Shown here: one piece after another, positions 54,333 to 64,000 of the stretch
How the letters are laid out: the number at the start of each line of letters is the position of its first letter
How positions within the stretch are numbered: position 1 is the first letter of the stretch
Origin: Octopus sinensis
Lineage: Eukaryota
Direction: 5' to 3'
Assembly (NCBI RefSeq): GCF_006345805.1
Contig: NC_042998.1
Coordinates: 32,364,001-32,428,000 of the forward strand
DNA: 64,000 nt
Notes under the pieces: generated by a model
Told to the model about the DNA's origin: nothing
The model's input: the letters and a program-made list of their open reading frames with translations, nothing else
Database searches by the model: none
Translations under genes and position numbers: made by a program

Positions 54333-54525
54333 GGGGAGAATTCACAGAAAAACAAAAGGCAAGGACAGGTGGTGTAGACAACAAACAGATGTATTAGTTT
54401 AAAGCTTGGGAAGTGAGAAAGTCTTTTACATTTCGAGCCTAGGCTCTTCCACAGAAAGTAAAACAGAAAGGAACACAGAAAAAAACAAGGAGAGAAAACA
54501 AAGAATGCGTAATGGCTAGTGATCT
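54333..54525 (-). mobile_element. U6-HHR short PLE-type element in (TA)n
   Basis: 54423-54458 on minus reads cttt-CTGTGGA-a-gagc(ctag)gctc-GAAA-tgta-aaag. Confidence 0.7.
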
Positions 54526-54740
54526 ATCATGGTGATGTGTATATATATATACATGCATGTATTATGTAAGTATACATACACACACACACACATATATATA
54601 TATATGTATGTATGTATATATGTATATATATATATGTGTATATATATGTATGTATGTATATATATATACATATATATACATGTATGTATTATGTAAGTAT
54701 ATATATATACATATATATATGTGTGTATATATATATATAC

Positions 54741-54778
<38 letters not shown>

Positions 54779-54779
54779 G

Positions 54780-54819
<40 letters not shown>

Positions 54820-55017
54820 ATGTATATATATATGTATATATATATATATACGTAAAAAGCACCCACTACACTCACAGAGTGGTTGGCATTAGGAAGGCAT
54901 CCAACCGTAGAAACACTGCCAGATCAGACTGGGCCTGATGCAGCCTTCTGGCTTCACAGACCCCAGTTGAACCGTCCAACCCATGCTAGCATGGAAAGCA
55001 GACGCGAAATGATGATG

Positions 55018-55074
<57 letters not shown>

Positions 55075-55231
55075 ATATATATATTAAAATTATAAATTAG
55101 GTATCTACGAGATACCACCATGCTGAAAATAGCAGCCATGATCTGACTATTAAACCACCATAAGTGTTCATATAGCAATACGGAGAGAAGACAAAGAGAC
55201 AAGATGAAACTAGTTAAAAATTTACTGGATA

Positions 55232-55290
55232 ATTCCAGATCCCGGATTTCTGGTTTTGCATTTAGGAATGCTTTGCCTCGTCAGTGGAAT
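55232..55290 (-). ncRNA. Type I hammerhead in the left arm of an inverted-repeat PLE-like element (~55095-55590)
   Basis: attcca-CTGACGA-ggc..gcatt(ccta)aatgc..acc-a-GAAA-tccggg-ATC-tggaat; the inverted copy at 55519-55590 (CTGATGA) is cut off by a MITE fragment (55590-55676). Confidence 0.8.
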
Positions 55291-56488
55291 ATACACAGAA
55301 AGAAACATAATTATTTTAAATTAACGATCTTATCCTTATTTATATAAATTTAAATTTATTTCATCACTATATTTACTGCGGTGATGTATTAACGATATCA
55401 CACATGGAATTAAGCGGCGGCCATTTTGACCTAGTCATTATGCATATGTGCATATATATGTATGTATATGTTCGTATATGTAAGTATTCGTATGTTGTAT
55501 TTATATATATATATGTATTTATGTTTTTTTTCTGTGTATATTCCACTGATGAGGCAAAGCATTCCTAAATGCAAAGCCAGAAATCCGGGAAGATTTTAAT
55601 TCAGAACTTATGAAAACACAACATTTGTACTCAGAGCCAGAACCAGTTTCAGGCAGGTTGGTAACAAAAGGGTTAACATCTATTTTCCATGCTGGCATGG
55701 GCTGGACGGTTTGACAGGAACAGCCCAGCTGGGGAGCTGTCCAATTTCCAACTGTCATATGGTTTCTATGGCTAGATTCCTTTCCTAACACCAACCACTT
55801 AACAGGGTGTGTTGGGTGCTTTTATGTGCCACCAGCAACCGGTGCTTTTTATGTGGCACTGACATCTGTAAAGGACAAGCTTATATGTATGGACGACAGT
55901 GGTTTTACCACAGCTCCCAGTCCCTTGTCAGTTTCTCTGTGAGGCCCAGCATCTGAAGAGCCTTTCTTATTACTTCATCCCAGGTCTTCCTGGATTAAAT
56001 GATATAATAATAATAATAATAATAATAAACATGTAAATACTCAACAGTATATATAAAGGATATCATCGTTTTAAGAGCAGAAAAATTTTTGCCAACAACC
56101 AGCCACGTTGGAGTGCTCTACCCTTTAAGCCAAACTGCCGACTGGTGAATTCTTCCACAATTTTAGAAGTTATAAAGTTATCCGTAAACAAACACAAGTT
56201 TGTTTGTTTTTTGTTTTTTTGAAGCATCCAAATGTATTGTAGAACAAGTAGAGAGATAATCTTTTTACCAACACGTAAATAATGAACAGTATATATAAAG
56301 GATAAAATCCTTTTAAGGAGTGGGAGTTCAATCCTCATGGCTGGTTGCTGGCGAATTTTCCTGCCCTTAAAAGGGTTTTATCTTTCATATATACTGTTCA
56401 GTATTTAGGTATTAAAAAGCAAATTATCTTTTTACTTATTCTTCAATACATTTCAATGCTTCAAAAAAATACCAACCTTATGTTTATA

Positions 56489-56668
56489 CAGTTCTATATT
56501 TAAGAGATGAGGAATTATGTACATTATTTACATTTGACGAATATTTGTCCTCATCTTGGTTGTTTTTAACACATTTCGGCTGATATACCCTCCAGCCTTC
56601 ATCAGGTGTCTTGGGGAAATTTCGAACCTGGATTCTCATTCCTAAGGTATTTTTCGATGTTGTTGTTG

Positions 56669-56700
<32 letters not shown>

Positions 56701-56826
56701 GTTATTATTATTATTGTTATTATTATTATTATTATTATTATTCAGGTCACTGCTTGGAATAGAACTTGGAATCTTGGGGTTAGTAGCCTGCACTCTTAAC
56801 CACTACGCCATATGCCTGTGGGCATA
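56489..56826 (-). mobile_element. tRNA/HHR element, copy P7 (one full arm plus the first bases of the second)
   Basis: Complete tRNA head, (AAT)n, HHR and long tail; centre ccatatgcc-tgtg-ggcata. Confidence 0.85.
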
Positions 56827-56883
56827 CGTTTGTTTACATATGATGTAATCTATAATAATAAAGATTTTTTTTTTAGTTATATG

Positions 56884-57088
56884 GACTCATAGTGCTGGTT
56901 TCCCTGTTTCTACAATGCATATGAAATAATCCATTGCAGGATTATTCACTTTTGCCAGCTGAGTGGACTGGGGCAATGTGAAACAAAGTGTTTTGCTCAA
57001 GAACACAACCCATCGCCTGGTCCAGGAATTGAAACCACAATCTTATAGTCATGAGTCCAGCATCCTCACCACTGAGCCATGTGACTCT
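56884..57088 (-). mobile_element. Decayed tRNA-derived SINE related to family D
   Basis: tggctcagtgg A box, ggtttcaattcc B box, ttcttgagcaaaacact CORE-like motif. Confidence 0.65.
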
Positions 57089-58099
57089 GCATGAGTTAAA
57101 TAACCATACTTAAATTCCATTAACTGTGTACATCTTTGCAAACATAAAAACCTACATGACACAATTCCAATGGTAACCACATGCAATATGGTTGTACCCA
57201 CAGCAATATACATGCAAAACATGCATCTAACATGCTTGTACCCCTTCATGCTCATCTACATTTAGTCATGTAACAATACACATTTTGCAACATGCACATA
57301 AGCCATGCTTTTTACAGACAACCTGCTCACACATTTCCATCCTTTAGAATTGCTTTTTTTACCTGTAATACCCTTTCCTTTTCTTTACCTCTTTCATTTA
57401 CCATTAACTTGGTAAGAATCATGCAACTGTGCATGTGCAGTTTTGTTCCCCAGAACATCTGCTTTTCCTTCCTCTTCTGCTTTTCTTTGAAGGTAGACCA
57501 AAGTCCAAAGTGTAGAACTTATGGCGTTACATTCCTTTCTTTTTCTCCCATCTCTAAGATTTGCATTTCTGTTGTTTGTTTGCTTATTTTGTTGCTGTTG
57601 TTCCAGACACACTTCCTATTCTACAACATGAAGATTTCGGTCCTCAAGCATTAACCATCATCTCAATCAATTTGGTTTTCGAGTAAAACATTGAAGAAGC
57701 TCAACAAAAACGCATAGGTCAAAATATAATGTAATTCACAGACATGTTAATTCTTTTAAAATATTTGGAAAACAAACTTTGGAAATTGCATTTAACATTA
57801 GGAAATAACTAAAGAATGAGTATTTTAGAAAAAAATTTGTATATCAGATGCAAAAATATTTTTGCTTCATTTATAGAGAAGTCAGTGCTATGTGAAAATA
57901 AAGCAATTTCATATCTGAATGCACGGAATCTGTTTAATGTTGAAATAAGTAAACATATGAGTGTGGAAGGATGGATGGTTATAAATGATTAAATATAAGA
58001 ATATTGCATATATACAGGAATATTGTGTACACAGCTATTAACGTGTACAAATATTTAAATATTGTGTATCCAAATATTAATGTGTGTGTGTGTGTGTAT

Positions 58100-58144
<45 letters not shown>

Positions 58145-58211
58145 AATGGTTCAAATATACAGGCAACAAACGACAAAGATAGGTGAGGGAACGACAAGCT
58201 GTTGTATTATA

Positions 58212-58297
<86 letters not shown>

Positions 58298-58388
58298 GTT
58301 AATAAAAAAAATGAAGAAAAACACAAGTAAAAAACAACATGAGGACAGGTAAAGTATTAACGAGACGCTCAGGGAAGGAAAGAAAGGG

Positions 58389-58425
58389 TGTTTTACATTT
58401 CGAGCAAAGCTCTTCTTCAGAAACA
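58389..58425 (-). ncRNA. Minimal hammerhead with canonical core, in a relative of the U6 family (~58310-58490)
   Basis: tgttt-CTGAAGA-a-gagc(ttt)gctc-GAAA-tgta-aaaca. Confidence 0.75.
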
Positions 58426-58903
58426 GGAGACAGAGGAAAGTCTAAGAGAAAAGGAAAAACGGAGGAAAAAAATTCACAAACGATTCACATGGACAAAGAA
58501 AAAGTGTTTTCAAAGACGGGAGGGTGTAAGAGAGGATGCTTATAGCCATTGGAATAAGAGAAAAAGAGCCAAGGATGGCAGTGCAGAAGATATGAGAGGC
58601 AGCAGAAAATGTGTCTTGCTGGTTGTGGAGCAAGAGTGATTCAAACTGGGAGATGACGATCAGTGATCTGGCCACCTCTGCTGACACACCAATGGGAAGA
58701 TATTGTGTTCCAAAGTCAAAACACCTGATGACTGTTGGATATTGTCTGATGGAATCAGCTCCTTCTGGCCAATGTTCCATTCACCTAAGTGAATAGAAAA
58801 GAAGCTCCTTCTTTTAGGTGTTAACTAAATTCAAGCATTGAAGGGACCAGTTTGAAGGAAATTTGACCTGTAGTACTAGAGAGGTGAACTATTATAAGGA
58901 ATG

Positions 58904-59370
58904 CAGTTCTATATTTAAGAGATGAGGAATTATGTACATTATTTACATTATTTACATTATATTTGTCCTCATCTTGTTTATTGTTAACACGCTTTGGCTG
59001 ATATACCCTCCAGCCTTCATCAGTTTCTTGGTGGAATTTCGAACTTGCTTTCTCATTCTTACGGTATTTTTTGATGTTATTGTTGTTGTTCTTCTTCTTC
59101 AGGTCACTGCCTGGAATCGAACTTGGAATCTTGGGGTTTAATGAATGTGTCTTTTTCATCCATTAATGTATGAGCATAATTTTACTCTGAATAATGATAA
59201 TGATAATAATAATAATAATATCGAAAGATACCTTAGGAGTGAGAACCAGGGTTTGAAATTTCCCCAAGACACCTGATGAAGGCTGGAGGGTATATCAGCC
59301 GAAATGTTGTGTTATCAACAAACAAGACGAGGACAAATATCCGTCAAATGTAAATAATGTAAATAATGTA
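58904..59370. mobile_element. Palindromic tRNA/HHR element, copy P8 (~50 bp unrelated centre)
   Basis: Inverted arms; HHR at 59268-59313 (+); no clear TSD. Confidence 0.8.
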
Positions 59371-60351
59371 TTCCATTGAAATCTCCTTATTAGAATGTTG
59401 AAACAAAACTTGCTGTATTCCAAGTCCAATCTTGATCAAGCTGAGCTTTGATCTCAGACTTTCACAACAGCAGCTAGAAGATAATTCTTCTGCTCTATAA
59501 TGGGCAACGAACACAGAAGATCTTCAGAGTTGAATATGATCCTTTGGCTATGCAAAGTTCAGTTGGCGAAGCAGTTGATTATAATAACAATTGACAGCTG
59601 TGTGTAGGAGATATAATTATGTTGGCATGAGCCTAAAATAAATTAGATTGTGTATGATACATGAAAAAATGTCATGAGTTGGTGGCAGAAGACAGCTCTT
59701 GATATATTTTCACATTCCATCTCCGAATGCAAAACACAGCATCACCAAAACCTGCAAAATATTGACAAGTATATTATTAAATAATCATGTTAAATTACAT
59801 ATTTACTGGCGTAGAGTAAGAAAAATGCTGATACATTAAATGTGTTGCTTATACTTTGGCAAATACAGTGAAAGTAAATTTAATCTCTCAACATTCGAAA
59901 GCAGTAAATGGGCAATTTAGAACATTTGCTTTGGAATTTATTGGTTGTAATTTCAATGTAAAGAATTGTTCTGTTCAGCATTATATGCAGACTTAAATTC
60001 AGTAATTTATTTCACCCCAGCTTTATACCTAACCATAATCATATAATCCAAAATCAAAGCAGTTAAATTGTTGGACTTTTGACCACAGAGTTATGTATTC
60101 AAACATCTGCAGCCATCACTGCATTGAACCCTTCACAAGGTAATTTACACGGCTTGACTCATTCTGCGTTGCTAAATTATACACATCCCTGCAATTTCAC
60201 ATAAAAACACATAAATGACGCTGTTGTAAACTGCTTAATTATAAAATCTCATTTGCCAGTAATTCTCATGGGAACTATATTATATCTTGTACATCTGTAG
60301 GGAAAATCTGAACTTAAACAGTGTAACAATAACAATATTATTTGCATTTCA

Positions 60352-61385
60352 AGGTGTTGAGCTGGCAGAAATGTTAGCACACGGGGCGAAATGCTTAGCA
60401 TTATTCGGTCTGTCGTTACATTCAGAGTTCAAATTCCGCCAAGGTTGACTTTGCCTTTCACCCTTTTGGGGTCGATAAATTAAGTACCAGTTGTGCAGTG
60501 GTGTCGATATAATCGACTTAATCCGTTTGTATGTCCTTGTTTGTCCTCTCTGTCTTTAGCCCCTTGTGGGTAGTAAAGAAATAAGTATTTCGTCTGCCGC
60601 TACATTCTGAGTTCAAATTCCGCCAAAGGTCGATTTTGCCTTTCATCCTTTTGGGGTCGATAAATTAAGTGCCAGTTACGCACTGGGATTGATGTAATCG
60701 ACTTAATCCCTTTGTCTGTCCTTGTTTCTCCCCTCTATTTTAGCCCCATGTGGGCAATAAAGAAATAAGAAACGTTAGCATGCTGGCCAAAATGCTGAGC
60801 AGTATTTCATCTGCCATTACGTTCTGAGTTCAAATTCCGCCGAAGGTCGACTTTGCCTTTCATCCTTTTGGGGTTGATAAATTAAGTGCCAGTTATACAC
60901 TGTGGTCTATGTAATCAACTTAATCCCTTTGTCTGTCCTTGTTTGTCTCCTCTATGTTTAGCCCCTTGTGGGCAATAAAGAAATAAGAAATATTAGCATG
61001 CCAGGCGAAATGCTTAGCAGTATTTCGTCTGCCGCTACGTTCTGAGTTCAAATTCCGCTGAGGTCGACTTTGCCTTTCATCCTTTCGGGATCGATAAATT
61101 TAGTACCAGTTACGCATTGGGGTCAATGTAATCCACTTAATCCGTTTGTCTGTCCTTGTTTGGCCCCTCTGTGTTTAGCCCCTTGTGGGTAGTAAAGAAA
61201 TAGGTATTTTGTCTGTCTTTACATTCTGAGTTCAAAATCCACTGAGGTCAACTTTGCCTTTCATCCTTTTGGGATTGATAAATTAAGTACCAGTTGCATA
61301 CAGGGATTGATCTAATCAACTATCCGCCCCCCCCCCCCCGTCAAAAAAAAAATGGGGGTCATGTGCCTAGAGTAGAAAAGAGTAT
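60352..61385 (+). repeat. Head-to-tail array of five SINE B units
   Basis: Five repeats of gagttcaaa...gataaattaagtaccag, 180-230 bp each. Confidence 0.9.
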
Positions 61386-62127
61386 TATTTGCATTTCATG
61401 ACAGATATTTGCCAATATCGTAAATTCCAGAAATCATTCTAAACGGAAAAGTACTTTCCTTTCAAATTATTAACACTAGAACTAATGAATGTATTTATAA
61501 ATTTCTGTCTTTCATTTTTACCTTAAAAGCACCCACATTAATAATTTTTTATGTATTCATAAATACTTAAGTTTAAATATAATTTTCAATGCTTTTAATT
61601 TATACAAAAAGGGTTTTTAGATATTCTTTTGACAGTTGAGGTCAGATATCTCTGTTTATTATAATATCAAGTTATTCAACAATATATATAAAAAAGCACT
61701 TAGTTCAAAATATAATTTATATAATATTTGATGTTTAGTTATTATCAGATATCTACTGGGAAAGTGTTTCTCAATATTTCACTTTCACTGACATCTTTTC
61801 TCAAACAAAATTCTAAAATTCTTTATTTGTTAACCACAAAACATAATTCACATCATTTGATAAAATTAATGTTTTTAATAAATTTTTCATATCTTACTCT
61901 TTTAACTTGCTCTAAAGAGGTTGTTTCCACCAAATAATGTTAACTTTAGTATGTTTAAATATTTGTTGTGCAAGAATTTTTATGTGAAGTCGTGTGTTGA
62001 AACAGATATTGTTATATTTCGGAATGGTCATATTGCCAGTTTAGCCAATAAAAACACACACACTATATACTTGGTGTTATTTTGCTTCAGTGTTATTTAT
62101 TTTTTACATTAATCTTAATCTTATTTC

Positions 62128-62171
62128 GGTCAGAGTTCTTTCGTCACACTCCTGTGACCGCATCAGTGGTC
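62128..62171 (-). ncRNA. Decayed hammerhead-like motif in a further pLTR-like element
   Basis: gacca-CTGATGC-g-gtcac(aggagt)gtgac-GAAA-gaa-CTC-tgacc. Confidence 0.45.
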
Positions 62172-62400
62172 CTTTGTTAACTTTAATAGAATTGAACAAT
62201 TACAAAAATGGTACTAACATATATGCACATGAACTAGTATGTGTCAGTGCTACATAAAGAGTATCCATACAGGCGCCAAGTATGAAGCACCCATGCTGGT
62301 GCCAGCATAAATGCAAGAAACGTCTATGCTGGCATAATGTCACAAGCACCCAGTACACTCTGTAAAGTGGTTGGCATTGGGAAGGGCAACTAGCTGTAGG

Positions 62401-62705
62401 TTGTTGTTGTTGCTGTTTGTTCCTTCTCAAGCTATGCTTGGCTCATAAGGACTGGTTTCCCGGTTTCCTTGGCATATAGGTTCCCCACCTGGACGAGATG
62501 CCGGTCTGTCGCAGGTGAGCGGCAAGATGCAGGAGGAAAGAGTGAGAGAAAGTTGTGGCGAAAGAGTCAGCAGAAGTTCGCCATTACCTTCTGCCAGAGC
62601 TGTGTGGAGCTTAGGTGTTTCGCTCATAAACACACACATTGCCCAGTCTGAGATTCATCAACCGCAAGTCTGTTGCTCTAACCACTAGGTCTTATGCCTC
62701 CACTC
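62401..62705 (-). mobile_element. SINE family D nested in a family C element (62280-62845)
   Basis: Homologous to 18429-18738; TSD ctagctgtagg at 62390-62400 and 62706-62716. Confidence 0.85.
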
Positions 62706-63085
62706 CTAGCTGTAGGAACCATGCCAAAAAAACCAAAAAAAACAGACAATGGAAACTGGTGTAGCTTCTGGCCTTACAAGCTCTGGTCAAATTGTCCAAT
62801 GCATGCCAGCATGGAAGACAGACATTAAATGATGATGATGATGGTGATATTTAAATATATCATCAATAATATCAAAATTCTGCAATGGTACACAGAAGAG
62901 TAAATAACTTGAGGTATTCAATTTGGTGAATTTTCATTTTGAATTTAGATCCTGTCAAGGTTTTCTTTCCCTTTCAGCCTCCCAATATTAGTTGAATAAT
63001 TACCAGAAGAATCGAAAGGGAATTTTGGATTACCTCCTCTATTTTCGGAGTTAAACGGTTGCCTGTTGAAACTAATATTTGATTG

Positions 63086-63768
63086 TCTTCTTCTTATATC
63101 TTTCTTGGCTTGGCTTCACTGATGAAGATCAGGAAGGCTGTTTTCTAAGTCCATCTGCATGCTTGTTCATGGCTGATAAGGCTGATGTGGAACTGACATA
63201 TCCGATTGTAGTGACGAGAGGGGTGTGATTGTTCAGGGAGCAATGATGCAGCTACATTGTTTTTTCACTTCTGATGTTTGTCTTAAAGAGAGGCACTGCA
63301 AGGGATCTCAAAGGAGGAAATAACATCGCTGATGGTATGGCACCAAGTGACACAGTCAGCAGCTAGAGTGGACCACTCACCATAATCAATGTCACAAACA
63401 CAATAGGACTGCTTCAGACAATCCTTGTCATGCTTCCTTGTTTGAGGAGTCTGAGATGATAGTAGTAGAAGACCCAGGACTCCTACTGCTATCGTGAGAA
63501 CAACCGCCCCATAGATGCTGACTTTTGTGCCGATCTTAAGATGCTTGTTGTTCCACACATGCTCGCACAGTCTGCCAAATGCTTTGTTTGCCTTTGCAAG
63601 TCTGTTGTCAATTTAATTGTTGATACTTGCATCTAACGAGATGGTGCATCCAAGATAAGTGAACTGCTGTACCGACTTCTGTTCTGTTTTGGCAATGGTG
63701 ATGTGGGGCAGGTTGTAATCTTTCTGAGGAGCTGGTTGGTGTAGGGCTTCAGTCTTTTTCAAGCTTAC
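63086..63768 (-). mobile_element. RTE-clade LINE 3' fragment (RT C-terminus), decayed
   Basis: VSLKKTEALHQPAP...FTYLGCTIS...IDNRLAKANKAFGRL...WNNKHLKIGTKVSIYGAVVL; ends in gaagccaagcc...(GAA)n. Confidence 0.85.
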
Positions 63769-63856
63769 TCCCAGGGCTCCGACAATTATTGGTACCACTG
63801 CTACCTTTTTCATCGACCACAACTGCTTAACTTCCCAAGCTAACCTGTCATATCTC
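63769..63856 (-). mobile_element. Small R4/Dong endonuclease C-terminal fragment next to (AAT)n
   Basis: RYDRLAWEVKQLWSMKKVAVVPIIVGALG, homologous to the end of the 33317-33814 ORF. Confidence 0.7.
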
Positions 63857-63864
63857 TTGACTTG

Positions 63865-63899
<35 letters not shown>

Positions 63900-64000
63900 A
63901 TTATTGCTAAGGTAGGAAGCTGGTAGAATTGTTTGGTGGAATTTATTCAGATTTTATGTTTTAAGTTCAACTTGGCTTTTCATCCTTTTGGTAGTGGTGG

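Noticed and set aside
56745-56818. Genuine tRNA gene (loop CTACTAA, tRNA-Arg-like body)
   Set aside because: Acceptor and T stems pair poorly, and the sequence is always fused to the mobile element body.
58490-58800. GIY-YIG or RT coding remnant upstream of the 58389 HHR
   Set aside because: No GIY/YIG or RT motifs in the frames examined; no autonomous PLE is visible in this window.

Overview
AT-rich, microsatellite-dense animal DNA with no supportable host protein-coding gene. The SINE families and (TA)n/(AAT)n load resemble an octopus/cephalopod genome (inference). The window is a mosaic of mobile elements: several tRNA-headed SINE families, TTAA-flanked piggyBac-type MITEs, decayed mariner (DD34D) and maT (DD37D) transposases, an R4/Dong endonuclease fragment, RTE fragments, and a ~4.5 kb tandem duplication. 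The main unexplained signal is a high density of type I hammerhead ribozyme (HHR) motifs from about eight distinct short element families, of the kind associated with Penelope-like elements (PLEs). Several lie in inverted-repeat insertions with 11-15 bp target-site duplications (TSDs). These include a repeated palindrome whose two arms each read tRNA-like Pol III head, (AAT)n, HHR, tail; a palindrome with a G3-C8 swapped core; a family with a U6 core; and HHRs with long stem II. All coordinates and folds were read by eye, and element ends may be off by several bases.
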